Below are positions 1 through 11,382 of a stretch of DNA of 64,000 nt, in pieces (the stretch's first letter is position 1; each line of letters opens with the position of its first letter). Made by a program: the position numbers and the translations under genes. Source of the stretch: Octopus sinensis (Eukaryota); the NCBI RefSeq assembly GCF_006345805.1, contig NC_043006.1, positions 47,554,001 to 47,618,000 of the forward strand. Direction: 5' to 3'. A model generated the notes under the pieces. That model had not been told where the DNA came from, searched no databases, and worked only from the letters and a program-made list of their open reading frames with translations.

Positions 1-145
1 TACAAGGGTTTGGGTTTCGATCCCACTGCGGCGAGCTGCTCAAGTGATTTCTATGATAGCTTCCTGTTCACTAGTACCCTGTGAGTATGAAGTGGTGACA
101 TATTAAAAAAATTGGAAGTTTTATATTGATACTAAGATATGTGCA

Positions 146-427
146 GTGGAGGCACCTGGCCTAGTGGTTAGAGGAGCGGATTCGCGGTCGAGGGATGGCG
201 GATTCGAATCTCAGGCCGGGCGATGTGTGTGTTTATGAGCGAAACACCTAAGCTCCACGCAGCTCTGGCAGAAGGTAATGGCGAACTTCTGGTGACTCTT
301 TCGCCACAACTTTCACTCTTTCTTCCTACATCTTGCAGCTCACCGTCCAGGTGGGGAACCTATACACTAAAGAAACCAGGAAACCGGCCCTAACGAGCCA
401 GGCGTGGCTCGAAAAGGAACAAACAAC
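146..427 (+). mobile_element. tRNA-derived SINE, family C, with ~12-bp TSD
   Basis: A box TGGCCTAGTGG (157-167) and B box GGATTCGAATCTC (200-212). Homologous over its length to 45651-45946(-). Flanked by AAGATATGTGCA (134-145) and AAGATGTGTGAA (428-439). Confidence 0.85.
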
Positions 428-454
428 AAGATGTGTGAAAGAAGGAGGAAGGGA

Positions 455-689
455 AAAGAAAACAGAAAAAATACATCTTCGTCTCAACAGGCGCAAGGCC
501 GCATTCTCCGTCAGTATCTCAGCCCCGCGGAACAAGCTACCACAAGATGTCATTCAGCTGCCCACCACTCCCTTGTTCAAAGAGGCTCTAGACAACTGTG
601 GCGACTATATGTGTAGCTGTGAATAACAATAACTGTTTTTCTTTATTTCATGGCTTATGCACAATAAATTTGATTTGACTTGATTTGAT
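455..689 (+). mobile_element. CR1-group LINE 3' end relic with (GATTT)n-like tail
   Basis: KIHLRLNRRKAAFSVSISAPRNKLPQDVIQLPTTPLFKEALD aligns by eye to the C-terminus of the 23829-25193 ORF (HLNRRRGAFTVRVADPWNKLPDEMVKMPTTALFKASLD). Followed by AATAAA (663-668) and TTTGATTTGACTTGATTTGAT. Confidence 0.75.
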
Positions 690-980
690 GAGAGGCGGCG
701 AAGAATAAAACGGGCTGAAGTAATTAGGTTCGAAGGATGTTTCGTAAATGTGTCATCTTCATTTAGAATTCTAGAATCATAGATGTTTTAAAGAGAGGAA
801 TTAAAGATTGATTTTGTCAGTATGCGTGATGAATGAAGTCTGTATGTAAATAAAGGTGCAAAAATCTTGAGACATCTGTTATAAGTTCATGTTACTGAAT
901 ATTTTAATCTAAATATGATTTGTAATTCATTTTGTGTATTGTAATTTTGGGTATTCAACAAATATTCATATCGTGTATCA

Positions 981-1207
981 TTTATCTTTTACATGCTTTA
1001 GTTATTAGATTTTGGCCATGCTGGGTCAACGCTTCAGGGATTTTAGTCGAACGACTAGTCCCCAATACCTTTGTTCTCTAAAGCCTGGTACTCAACCTAT
1101 GTGTGAGTGTTGCCGAAACGCTAGATTGCGGGGCCGTAAACACACCAACATAGAATGTCAGTTGGTGACGGGGAATAAAAGATAGACTCAAAGGCACACA
1201 CACACAC

Positions 1208-1239
<32 letters not shown>

Positions 1240-1402
1240 ATATATATATAATTATATATATATATATATATACGATGGCTTCCTAGTGTTTCTGTCTTCA
1301 AAATACACTCAAAAAGCATTAGTCGACATGAGGCTATCGTAGAAAACATTACCCATGGTGCTAGACAGTTGAGCTGAATCCGGAACCACGCACCACACTG
1401 CC

Positions 1403-1403
<1 letters not shown>
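981..1403 (-). mobile_element. SINE family A (tRNA head, CORE-like segment, internal microsatellite), diverged copy
   Basis: Colinear with the reverse complement of 15496-15895. Internal (CA)n(TA)n at about 1196-1272. Confidence 0.7.
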
Positions 1404-1404
<1 letters not shown>

Positions 1405-1445
<41 letters not shown>

Positions 1446-1856
1446 GCGTACACACACTTATACACACATACACACACAGGCACACACACACGCATGCACA
1501 CACGCACATACATCTTTACACTTGATGTGAATATTCGTTCTAAGAATTCATTGAAATATCGCGAGTGAGATGAATATTGTGACAGAATCTCTGAATGTAC
1601 GTACATCTGCATGTATGTATATATGTATGCATGTGTGTGTATGTATGTATGTATGTATGTATATATGAATGTATGTATGTGTGTGTGTATGTATATATAT
1701 ATGTATGTATGTGTATATGTATGCATGCTTGTGTCTTTATATACACCCTCACACACACAATTATACGTGTATGTACATATGCACATAGACAGTCATATAT
1801 AAATATAGATAGATAGATTGATTGATTGATTGATAGATAAAGCGATATATAGATAA

Positions 1857-1927
<71 letters not shown>

Positions 1928-1970
1928 CATACATACATACATACATACATACATACATACATACATACAT
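1405..1970. repeat. Compound microsatellites (TA)n, (CA)n, (TATG)n, (TAGA)n, (TACA)n
   Basis: Read directly; source of the spurious IY/YI/CV ORFs. Confidence 0.95.
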
Positions 1971-1995
1971 CATCGTTATTGTTATTTTCAATATG

Positions 1996-2210
1996 AAGGC
2001 GGTGAGGTGGCAGAGTTGATAACACACCGGGAAAAAATGCATAACGGCATTTCGCCCGTCCTTGCGTTGTGAGTTCAAATTCCGCAGAGGTTGACTTTAC
2101 CTTTCATCCCTAGATTTCTACAAAATAATTATCAGTCAGGCACCGATGTCGATGTAATCGACTAGTTATCTCCCCCAAATTTCAGGCCTTGTGCCTATCG
2201 TAAAAAGGAT
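1996..2210 (+). mobile_element. SINE family B monomer
   Basis: AAGGCGGTGAGGTGGCAG head, GAGTTCAAATTCC B box, GACTTTACCTTTCATCC body, CAGGCCTTGTGCCT tail. Confidence 0.8.
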
Positions 2211-2229
2211 TAATACTATCGTTGTTATT

Positions 2230-2388
2230 AAGGCAGTGAGCTGGCAGTATTGTTTGCACGTCGGCTGTACTTTCTGAATTCAAATTCCACCTGTGTCGAC
2301 TTTGCCTTTCATCCTCTCAGACTTTAGTACTGTGGCCCAGGTGATTCACTTATCCCCGACCATGAAACTTCAGGCCTTGTGACTCTTA
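2230..2388 (+). mobile_element. SINE family B, internally deleted copy
   Basis: AAGGCAGTGAGCTGGCAG head, GAATTCAAATTCC, GTCGACTTTGCCTTTCATCC, CAGGCCTTGTG. Confidence 0.7.
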
Positions 2389-3394
2389 GCTCTCTTTGGG
2401 TATTTGCCATTGAGAGGTTTTTCTTGCCATTTATTATTAAGAATATCTAAAGCAGCAGTTTCAGCACGGTTTTCCATACGCTTAGCTTTTTCTGTGCTTG
2501 TTTATAGTACGTCTAATTCTGCGATTTGTTGTATTTGGAATTCTCTTAGATATTTCTTTGCCTGTTTCGTTAGTAAGTATGATGCTTTCTTGTTTTCATG
2601 ATTTAAAACAAATTTTAACATCCTGTCATCAGAGTTTTCTAGGTAGGCATTGAGGCCAATTGTGGCAATCGTCATTGTTATTCCCAGTTGTATAAGTACA
2701 CGGCCATCCTTTTTGCTTGGCAGATAAAGTCGTTCTATATCTGCCTAAGAGTGGTGCATTCTATGCATTGTCAACAATTTTCGTATTTTTCTGCCAAGAT
2801 TAGGTATGTCAGTAATTGTCCAGTTAATGATATTGAAAGTATAAGTCACAACGGGCATGGCTAAAGTATTGATCGATTCGATCCTGTTTCTAGCATTCAG
2901 CTCTATCTTCAGTACTGCCATCAACCTGCGATAACATTCTCTTCTAATCCTTTCGCTCATCAATGAATGTTTGACTTTATCACCTTCAAATGCCTCCAGG
3001 TATATGTAGCTCTCCGCTGGTTCTAACTCCTTTACGACATTCTGCTGGTCAAGATTATTGTTGGACGTTTCTGTCGGTTTGTCTTTAATAAAGGTAGCTT
3101 TTGCACATTTCTTGAGGCCATATTGCATCCTGATGTCATCACTGAACTGTTTAACAACTGCTAGTAAGCCTTGTAGTTGTTGGTCATTTTTTTGCAAAGA
3201 GCTTTAAATCATCCATGTAAAAGAGATGATTAATATTTTTATCAGACATCTACAGCCATATTGTACATCATCGAGCAATTTCGAGAGAGGTATTCAGGCT
3301 AGGCAAAACAGGAGTGATTATAGAGAGCCACCCTAGGAAATGCCACATCAAATTCTTACATCTCCAGCATTGGGAGATTCATTGTCACTGTCAT

Positions 3395-3395
<1 letters not shown>
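2385..3395 (-). mobile_element. R4/Dong-like (RLE) non-LTR retrotransposon fragment, RT core, pseudogenised
   Basis: Minus-strand translation gives NINHLFYMDDLKLFAK, KQFSDDIRMQYGLKKCAKA, RKIRKLLTMHRMHH and PLNGKYP, with stops and frameshifts. Confidence 0.85.
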
Positions 3396-3490
<95 letters not shown>

Positions 3491-3583
3491 AATTATTATT
3501 ATTATTGTTATTATTATTATTATTATTTTTATCATTATTATTATTATTATCATTATTATCATCATCATTATAATTATTATTAC

Positions 3584-3637
<54 letters not shown>

Positions 3638-3720
3638 CATTATTATTATTATCATCATCATCATTATAATTATTATTACTATTATTATTATTATATTATC
3701 ATTATTATTATTTATGGTTT
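3396..3720. repeat. (AAT)n then (ATT)n trinucleotide array with polarity switch at 3456/3457
   Basis: Read directly. Confidence 0.95.
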
Positions 3721-3721
3721 A

Positions 3722-5040
3722 TTTTCATTATAACTTTATTTCAGCTGCCTTAGTACCGGGCATCCTCCGCAGGCCAAGAGTAGCAAGGACACTTTTGTTT
3801 TGCTATGCATGCTAGAATTATCAGATTTATCCCATTTTAGATGGAGAATGCTTTCCGTCGTATATGGACTGTACCAATCAAGGTTGTGTTTTGTAGTTCA
3901 CAGAGATTGTAGTTACCAGGGAGTTGTTTAATATACTTCTCAGCTGCCTTCTTTATCATTCCCAACGCAATTCTACTGCTATTATTGTAATACAAAGCTT
4001 CCACATTTTTGAGATTTCAATTTGCAGATCTTTATAATGAGAAGGCTTTTCGTATTCTTTTCTTGAGACATTTTGATATTGTGGGACAGACATATCTATT
4101 AACAGACAAGTTCCTCTGTTGCAGTCCTTGATCAGAATGTCTGGTCGATTGGAGTCAATTTTTCTGTCTTTTTGTATTGGGAAGTTCGAAAGGATGGTGA
4201 CGCCCTCGCCATTTATTACACTCTCTGGATGGTGCTTATACTATTTGTTATCGTATTTAATTTTGTAGTAATTACAAGCATTCCAGTGGATGTACTCCCA
4301 TAGTCAGTCGTGTTTTATGAGGTACTCCTATTCAGCGAGGACTGGGCAGCCAGAAGCAACATGATCAATTCCCTCTGTGAATTTTCCGCAAATTCTGCAC
4401 GAAGGGTCACATTCATCTGTAAGGATGTTTGCCTGGTAGTTTCTAGTAAGGTCTGACCTCGCGCTGCAATAACAAAACCTTCTGTTTCCCCTTTCAGGCC
4501 TCTCCCTTGTAGCCATTGGTATGTTAGGATTTGATCAATATCTAGCTTGGACGAGCGGTTAGGGCATTTTCCATGCAGGAGGTTACCTTTCCAGTTGTCT
4601 TCGAAATTATTCATGCAAGCCTTCTTTGCTTTTTTTTAATGTTTTTACATCAGTGATAGGTTTGTCACTATTTGGATCTCGTTGGTCTTTCTGATTGCTA
4701 ATTTCTAAATCAGGAGAAGCAATGGTAGGTTTGTCAGTAATTAGATGTCTTTGCTCATTCTTATTATTAACTTGTGAGTGAAGAGACTTTTTTAAAAATT
4801 TCTTACTAAATTTCATGACGGAAGCTTGCTTGGAATCTTCATGCTTCAGTGCAGTTCGTAAGAGCACATTACTTGTTTTATTAAGGTATATTTCAAAGCT
4901 TCTTATTGCTCATTTGAAGGATTGTTCGAGCTGTATAAGGCCTCTTTCACCTACTTTAGTTGGGAGATAAATCCTGTGTACATCTGATTTTGGATGGTGC
5001 ATTCGGTACCTTGTAAAGATTTTACGGTTTGCTTTACCGT
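3722..5040 (-). mobile_element. R4/Dong-like retrotransposon 3' half (CCHC knuckle, RLE, 3'UTR)
   Basis: RMHHPKSDVHRIYLP, LKGETEGFVIAA, CRICGKFTEGIDHVASGC (CCHC) and NRPDILIKD...LLIDMSVP (PD..D nuclease motif). AATAAA on the minus strand at 3735-3740, then (TAA)n. Confidence 0.88.
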
Positions 5041-5225
5041 ACAGCAGCCTTTGGACATATCTGAACAAATTGTCGTGTCTCCTTTTGTATTCGCGTTGTG
5101 CGAGCATACAACACTCACAAACAATATGGCCTATACCTTCTCCCTTCTCAGAGCACTCCCTTCTCAGAGCACAGTGGCAAGTTAGTGCTTTTAGCAATGT
5201 GATACTTAGAGTAGTTTGTTCTGAG
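5040..5225 (-). mobile_element. Fragment of a second RLE-type family (zinc-knuckle region)
   Basis: EKGEGIGHIVCECCMLAQREYKRRHDNLFRYVQ. Preceded on its sense strand by a short (TAA)n at 5226-5243. Confidence 0.7.
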
Positions 5226-5739
5226 ATTATTATCATTATTATTAGTGTTTTCTGATGTTGTTGTTGATGATGATATTATTGTAGTTCTTTTTCCTCAATT
5301 TCTGTCTAAATTATGTGTGTGTGCATGAGTATATGTATGTATGTATATATGTATGTATGTATACAGTCCGCCGTGCAATTATGTTTCACGAGCTGCAAGA
5401 TACATATGGAAACCTGACCAAATTTCCAACTCCGTGAATCATTTCCATTAGAACAATTTTTTTTCGTTTTCTCTCTCAGCGAATTGAAGAAAAAATTCTA
5501 TAAGCTCAGAAATAGTTGATAGAGATGCCTTGGGATGATAATGGTGAAAGATTTTCGACAGAGAAGCTTTACTTTTAAATATTGCCCTGTTACCAAGACG
5601 TGGCTCAGTTTATAAAAAGCTTTTGTGAGCAAGAATGCATATCAAATTGATATATATATGCTTCCATACGTAAATACAAGCCTTTACAAAGACAAACGCC
5701 CAGGCACACATACATCCATACATACATGTAAGCGTATGT

Positions 5740-5832
5740 GTGTATATACAAACACACAAACATACATACATACATATATATATATATATACAAACATATA
5801 TATATAAACAAACATATATATATATATATATA

Positions 5833-5908
<76 letters not shown>

Positions 5909-5950
5909 TGTGTGTGTGTGTATGCGTGGGTGCTTAGCGTGTGCTCGCGC
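5740..5950. repeat. (TA)n/(TG)n microsatellite block
   Basis: Read directly. Confidence 0.9.
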
Positions 5951-6479
5951 ATGCGTGCATTCGCTTCAGCAATATGAACATCGATATTTCAATTAAATTT
6001 TGCTGTGAATATATCAATATGGCGCACGCTTTATTTCTGTTACTTTGCGACACATATCAGCGCAATTGTATTCCCTTATATATACAATGGGGATTACTTT
6101 AACAACATAATTGTATATATTTCCAAGCATTGATTTACCGAAATAACGTCATATATTTTGTTGAGTTTTTGTTTTGTTTTATTTTTGGTTTTCTTCTTCT
6201 ATAGATTTAATATAATTTGGTATTGCTGTTCCTTTATATATAATCGTCGAATCTGTGTGGTGAAAAATAGATTGAATATTTCAGCAAAATTTTTGTGCTG
6301 ATTGTTTCATATACGGGAAATGATTCAATAGAGCAGAATCCTACATAAACATGTGCTTGCTGATGTATGCTGAGCTGAAACATGGTTTTATGGATTATAT
6401 AATGCATGAATTTGAAATCGGTTTTGAAAATTCAATTGTTGTTTAAATACGCACACACACAAATGCATGCAAATCCACG

Positions 6480-6566
6480 TAGAGAGATAGATAAATAGAT
6501 AGATAGATAGATGGTGAGAGATAGGCAGGCAGAGATACACACGGACAGGCAGACTGACAGATACAG

Positions 6567-6641
<75 letters not shown>

Positions 6642-6700
6642 AACAGATTGATATGCAGATAGATGATAGATAGATATAAATGTATATATACATACATACA
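6480..6700. repeat. (GATA)n/(GACA)n microsatellite
   Basis: Read directly. Confidence 0.9.
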
Positions 6701-7023
6701 TATACAGAGGATGACAGGAGTTTTCATCAGGATGACTCAAACCTATAGGTATGCGTTCTGAGTGCTCAAATTGGTGAGCCACAAACCTTCCAGTTAGAAT
6801 GGCAGTTGAAGCTATGGTTATGTGTTTGACGTCTTCAAAAACGGTTAGAGGTGGCATCCCTTTGAATCAGTAAGGATAGGTTAAATTTCTGAGGTAAGGC
6901 AAACAATTACGTACTGCAGGACAAGAACATTAATATCATTAAATTCAATATGTATTTATATATATATATATATATATATAAAGAGAGAGGGGGTAAATGA
7001 ATGAGTGAATGTGTGCGTGACCG

Positions 7024-7500
7024 AGTGAGTGAACAAGTGAATCAGTGAGTGAACAAGTGAATACATGAGTGAACAAGTGGTTCAGTGAGTGAACAGGTGG
7101 TTCAGTGTGTGAACAAGGGAATTAGTGAGTGGACAAGTGAATAAGTGAGTGAACAAGTGAATCAGTGAGTGAACAGGTGGTTCAGTGAGTGGACAAGGGG
7201 TTCAGTGAGTGAAAAAGGAGTTAGTGAGTGAACAAGTGAATCAGTGAGTGAACAAGTGAATCAGTGAGTGAACAGGTGGTTCAGTGACTGAACAAGTGGT
7301 TCAGTGAGTGGACAAGGGGTTCAGTGAGTGAACAAGTGAATTAGTGAGTGGACAAGTGAATAAGTGAGTGAACAGGTGGTTCAGTGAGTGGACAGGGGGT
7401 TCAGTGAGTGGACAAGGGGTTCAGTGTGTGAACAAGGAATTAGTGAGTGAACAAGTGAATCAGTGAGTGAGTGAATGAGTGAATGAGTGAATGAGTGAGA
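7024..7500. repeat. 20-bp minisatellite (~22 units) ending in (GAGT/GAAT)n
   Basis: Units such as CAGTGAGTGAACAAGTGAAT, CAGTGAGTGAACAGGTGGTT and CAGTGAGTGGACAAGGGGTT. Confidence 0.9.
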
Positions 7501-8007
7501 GGATGATTTATCACCCACACTCTCTTTCTGTATGTATGCGTTTGTGTGTCTATGCATATAGATCGTATATTCGCATAACAAATCAAACACTTCCTTTCTG
7601 TTTAACTTTACTTCCCATTTTAATATCAAGTAGTACAGTCGAAGTTGTATGCGTGAAATTCATTTCTCCGCTAAAACAGTTCTTAGTTCTTTTATGTAAA
7701 ACCACCGAGGCTAGGCAATGTAAAATATATTTCAGTGTTTCTCGATTTGATGAACTGTTCTTATAGATGTACACAGCTTGTTTTCCCGGCCATGGAATAT
7801 ATACGTTGCGCTGTGCATAAACAGATATTGGGTAAGTAATTAAGAGCCTCCATATGCAGAGGTATGTAAAATAGGATTTCGATCAATGTTCTAACCTTGT
7901 TTGCCTCTTCTTTAAAATTTTTAGTCCATGTATGAACGTTGCTATGTCAATAGCTTCCTCTTCGTAAACAACCTAAAGCTTTCTGTCAACGTCGCGTTGG
8001 CTGGAAT

Positions 8008-8538
8008 GCGGCAAGCTGGCAGAAACGTTAGCACGCCGGGCGAAATGCGTAGCCGTATTTCGTCTGCCGTTATGTTCTGAGTTCAAATTCCGCCGAGGTC
8101 GACTTTGCCTTTCATCTTTTCGGGGTCGATAAATTAAGTACCAGTTACGCACTGGGGTCAATGTAATTGACTTAATACATATGTCTGTCCTTGTTTGTCC
8201 CTTCTATGTTTAGCCCCTTGTGGGTAATAAAGAAATAGGTATGTCATCTGCCGCTACGTTCTGAGTTCAAATTCCGCCGAGGTCGATTTTGCCTTTCATC
8301 CTTTCGGGGTCGATTAAATAAGTACCAGTTACGCATTGGGGTCGATGTAATCGAATGAATCCGTGTGTCTGTCCTTGTTTTATCCTCTCTGTGTTTAGAG
8401 TCCTGAGTTCAAATTCCGCTGAAGTCGACTGTACCTTTCATCGTTTCATCGTTTCGGGTTCGATAAATTAAGTACCTGTTGCGTACTGGCCCCCTCCCTC
8501 TAAAATTTCGGGCCTTGTGCCTAGAATAGTAAAGAATA
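8008..8538 (+). mobile_element. SINE family B trimer
   Basis: One head followed by three GAGTTCAAATTCCGC...CCTTTCATC...CGGGGTCGAT...AAGTACC units. Confidence 0.88.
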
Positions 8539-8709
8539 TCGAACTGTCAGGACGCAACATTGTCAAGAACTTAAATGCAGCATGTCTGCTCCGAACCCAC
8601 TTTTTAGCTGCAGTGGAGGAAGAGTTACAATCGTGTAAATGTTTCTCTAACTATAATTGCAATTTGAAAAACTTAAGTCTAGATAAAATTTTTATCTAAT
8701 TTCTTATTA

Positions 8710-8913
8710 GATTCGGTAAGTGCTTTTCTGATAAGAAGTTTGCCTCCCGACTACATGGCTCCAGGTTTAGTCTCATTGCGTGAAACCTTGGACAAGTATC
8801 TTCTACATTAGCCTCCGACCGACCAAAACATTATGAGTGGATGTGGTGGACCGAGAATTCAAAAAGGAAGCCGTATATGTGTGTGTAAGTGTGTGTGTGT
8901 GTGGTGTGTGTTT

Positions 8914-8958
<45 letters not shown>

Positions 8959-9135
8959 TGTGTGTGTGCGTATATATGCCTGCGTTTGTTCCCTCACCGC
9001 TTGATAACTGGCGTTGATGTGTGTGTAAGTCACTGTAAACTAGCGGTTCGGCAATAGTACTGGGGTCGATTCATCCGACAAAAATTCTTCAAGACAGAGC
9101 TGCTCAAGCATGGCCGGTAATCTAATTACTGAGAG
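8710..9135 (+). mobile_element. SINE family A, diverged, with internal (TG)n
   Basis: ACCTTGGACAAGTATCTTCTAC, TAGCGGTTCGGCAA and CAAGCATGGCC are colinear with 15496-15895. Confidence 0.7.
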
Positions 9136-9180
9136 AAGGGAAAAGAAAAAGATATATTCACCCTCGCATAGAACATATAA

Positions 9181-9753
9181 CCTTTTCTACTCTAGGCTCA
9201 AGGCTCGAAATTTTGGGTGAGGGGTGCCAGTCGATTAGATCAACCCCAGTACTCAACTGGTACTTAATTTATCGACCCCGAAACGATGAAAGGCAAAGTC
9301 GATATCGGCGAAATTTGAATTTGAACGCAAAATCAGACGAAATACTTCTTTTCTTTACTACGCACAAGGGGCTAAACACAGAATGGACAAACAAGGACAG
9401 ACACAAACGGATTAAGTCGATTATATCGACCCCAGAGCGTAACTGGTACTTAATTTATCGACCCCGAAAGGATGAAAGGCAAAGTCGATCTCGGCGGAAT
9501 TAGAACGTAGCGGCAGAGGAAATACCTATTTCTTTACTACCCACAAGGGGCTAACCGCAGAGAGGACAAACAAGGACAGACAAACGGATAAAGTCGATTA
9601 TATCGACTCCAGTGCGTTACTGGTACTTAATTTATCGACCCCGAAAGGAGGCAAAATGGACCTCGGCGGAATTTGGACTCAGAACGTGGCGGCAGACGAA
9701 ATACTGGTAAGCATTTCGCCCGGCGTGCTAACGTTTCTGCCAGCTCGCTGCTT
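9181..9753 (-). mobile_element. SINE family B trimer
   Basis: Three GGTACTTAATTTATCGACCCCGAAA units; head reverse complement at 9715-9753. Confidence 0.88.
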
Positions 9754-10284
9754 TACGAAGACCATATAATGGACGCATATATTCTAATATACGCACCCTT
9801 TAGCTTCCACACGGTCACGAATTTATCAACACTCCAATTTTTACAATACTCACTAGTCGCTTTTGCTTATTTTCATCTATAGTCTCATTCTCTTTGTTCT
9901 TATTATTTTGCCATCCTGACACTTTTCCTCTCACCTTCTGAATAACCCACTCTCCTCTTTTGAAAAAAATATCACCTAGTCCTCCCAAACGACAGCTGAT
10001 TAATGGTAAATCTCATTTGACGTGTATGCATAGCTTTTATTCTGAGAATCAGAAATGAATAAGAACCGGTTACTTCTCTACTTTATCTGAATGACAGTAT
10101 TTTTCTCTTACTGCTCTTGGCATGCGTATTGTTATGATTTTTCTGCAAATATATCTATAGTTTGAGGCTTTTAGCTGCCAATGCTACTGTAGTTTGTCTG
10201 GTACCATCATGTTCCACATTAATTGTGCGGAAACATTGCAATTTTGTGAGTATTTGCATGCGTTGTGTGTTGTGTGTTGTGTGT

Positions 10285-10315
<31 letters not shown>

Positions 10316-11044
10316 TGTGTGTGTATGTGTGTGTGTGTGTGTATGTGTGTGTGTGTGCATGTTTGTGTATGAGCGTCTGTGTGAGTTCTTTATACATCGT
10401 ACTTGTTGACCATTCGCTCTGGTCACAGATCTTTTCTCTCCATTTCTCTTCCGCCTCCATCTTTCTTCCCCTTATGTCACTCTCTGTGTCTCTCCATGTC
10501 TCTGTGTCTAACAAATACATTTATCTGTTCACTATCATTTACTTAAGGACACTGTCCATGTATTTATCGTACTTTTTTTTCAATTCTATGTCATATATGA
10601 TACATTATGTTTTAGTGTTTCTCTTGTTCCGTTCCATTTCCTCCTTCATACTGACATGTCAATTTTTTATCGAGCAAACCTGTTTGGCGGTTTATTTTTC
10701 TTTCCAAACGCTGTCATTACTCTTACGCTTACGTCTTTTACCTGTCCTTACACTTTTACCCCGCTGTGTCTCTAATACAATATGTTGTTTCCTGCGTTTT
10801 ATATCCAGAGAGGCTATTGCCTAAAAGCGTAATCCAATAGTTATCCTCACACAGGGTACTGAAACCATCAGGTTCCTTAGCATTCCTCCTATATGTTACA
10901 ATGTGTTAAATTTGTGTAGACATTTACCGTCATCATATGTGTGTATATATGCGTATATATACGCACACCCATAATGCAAACATGTATGCATATAAACGCA
11001 CATACACACACGCGCATACACACACGCGCACGCATAAACACTCA

Positions 11045-11047
11045 AAA

Positions 11048-11080
<33 letters not shown>

Positions 11081-11138
11081 TATTTATATATATATATATA
11101 GATAGATAGATAGATAGATGGATAGATAGATAGATAGG

Positions 11139-11201
<63 letters not shown>

Positions 11202-11224
11202 GTAGATAGATAGATAGATAGATT

Positions 11225-11289
<65 letters not shown>

Positions 11290-11293
11290 GTAA

Positions 11294-11336
<43 letters not shown>

Positions 11337-11340
11337 TGGT
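11045..11340. repeat. Long (GATA)n microsatellite
   Basis: Read directly. Confidence 0.95.
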
Positions 11341-11382
11341 AAAATAGATATATAAATAAACATGATTTCAATATCCCTGTTA

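Noticed and set aside
146-215. tRNA-like sequences here and at the heads of other SINE copies
   Set aside because: A/B boxes continue into SINE bodies with TSDs and there is no complete cloverleaf; these are not tRNA genes.
5362-5620. TACAGTCCGCCGTGCAATTATGTTTC, resembling a Tc1-type left TIR
   Set aside because: No convincing right TIR (only AACATAATTG near 6104) and no transposase motifs.
7024-7470. Regular 20-bp repeats superficially like a CRISPR array
   Set aside because: Contiguous tandem units without unique spacers, no cas genes, eukaryotic context.
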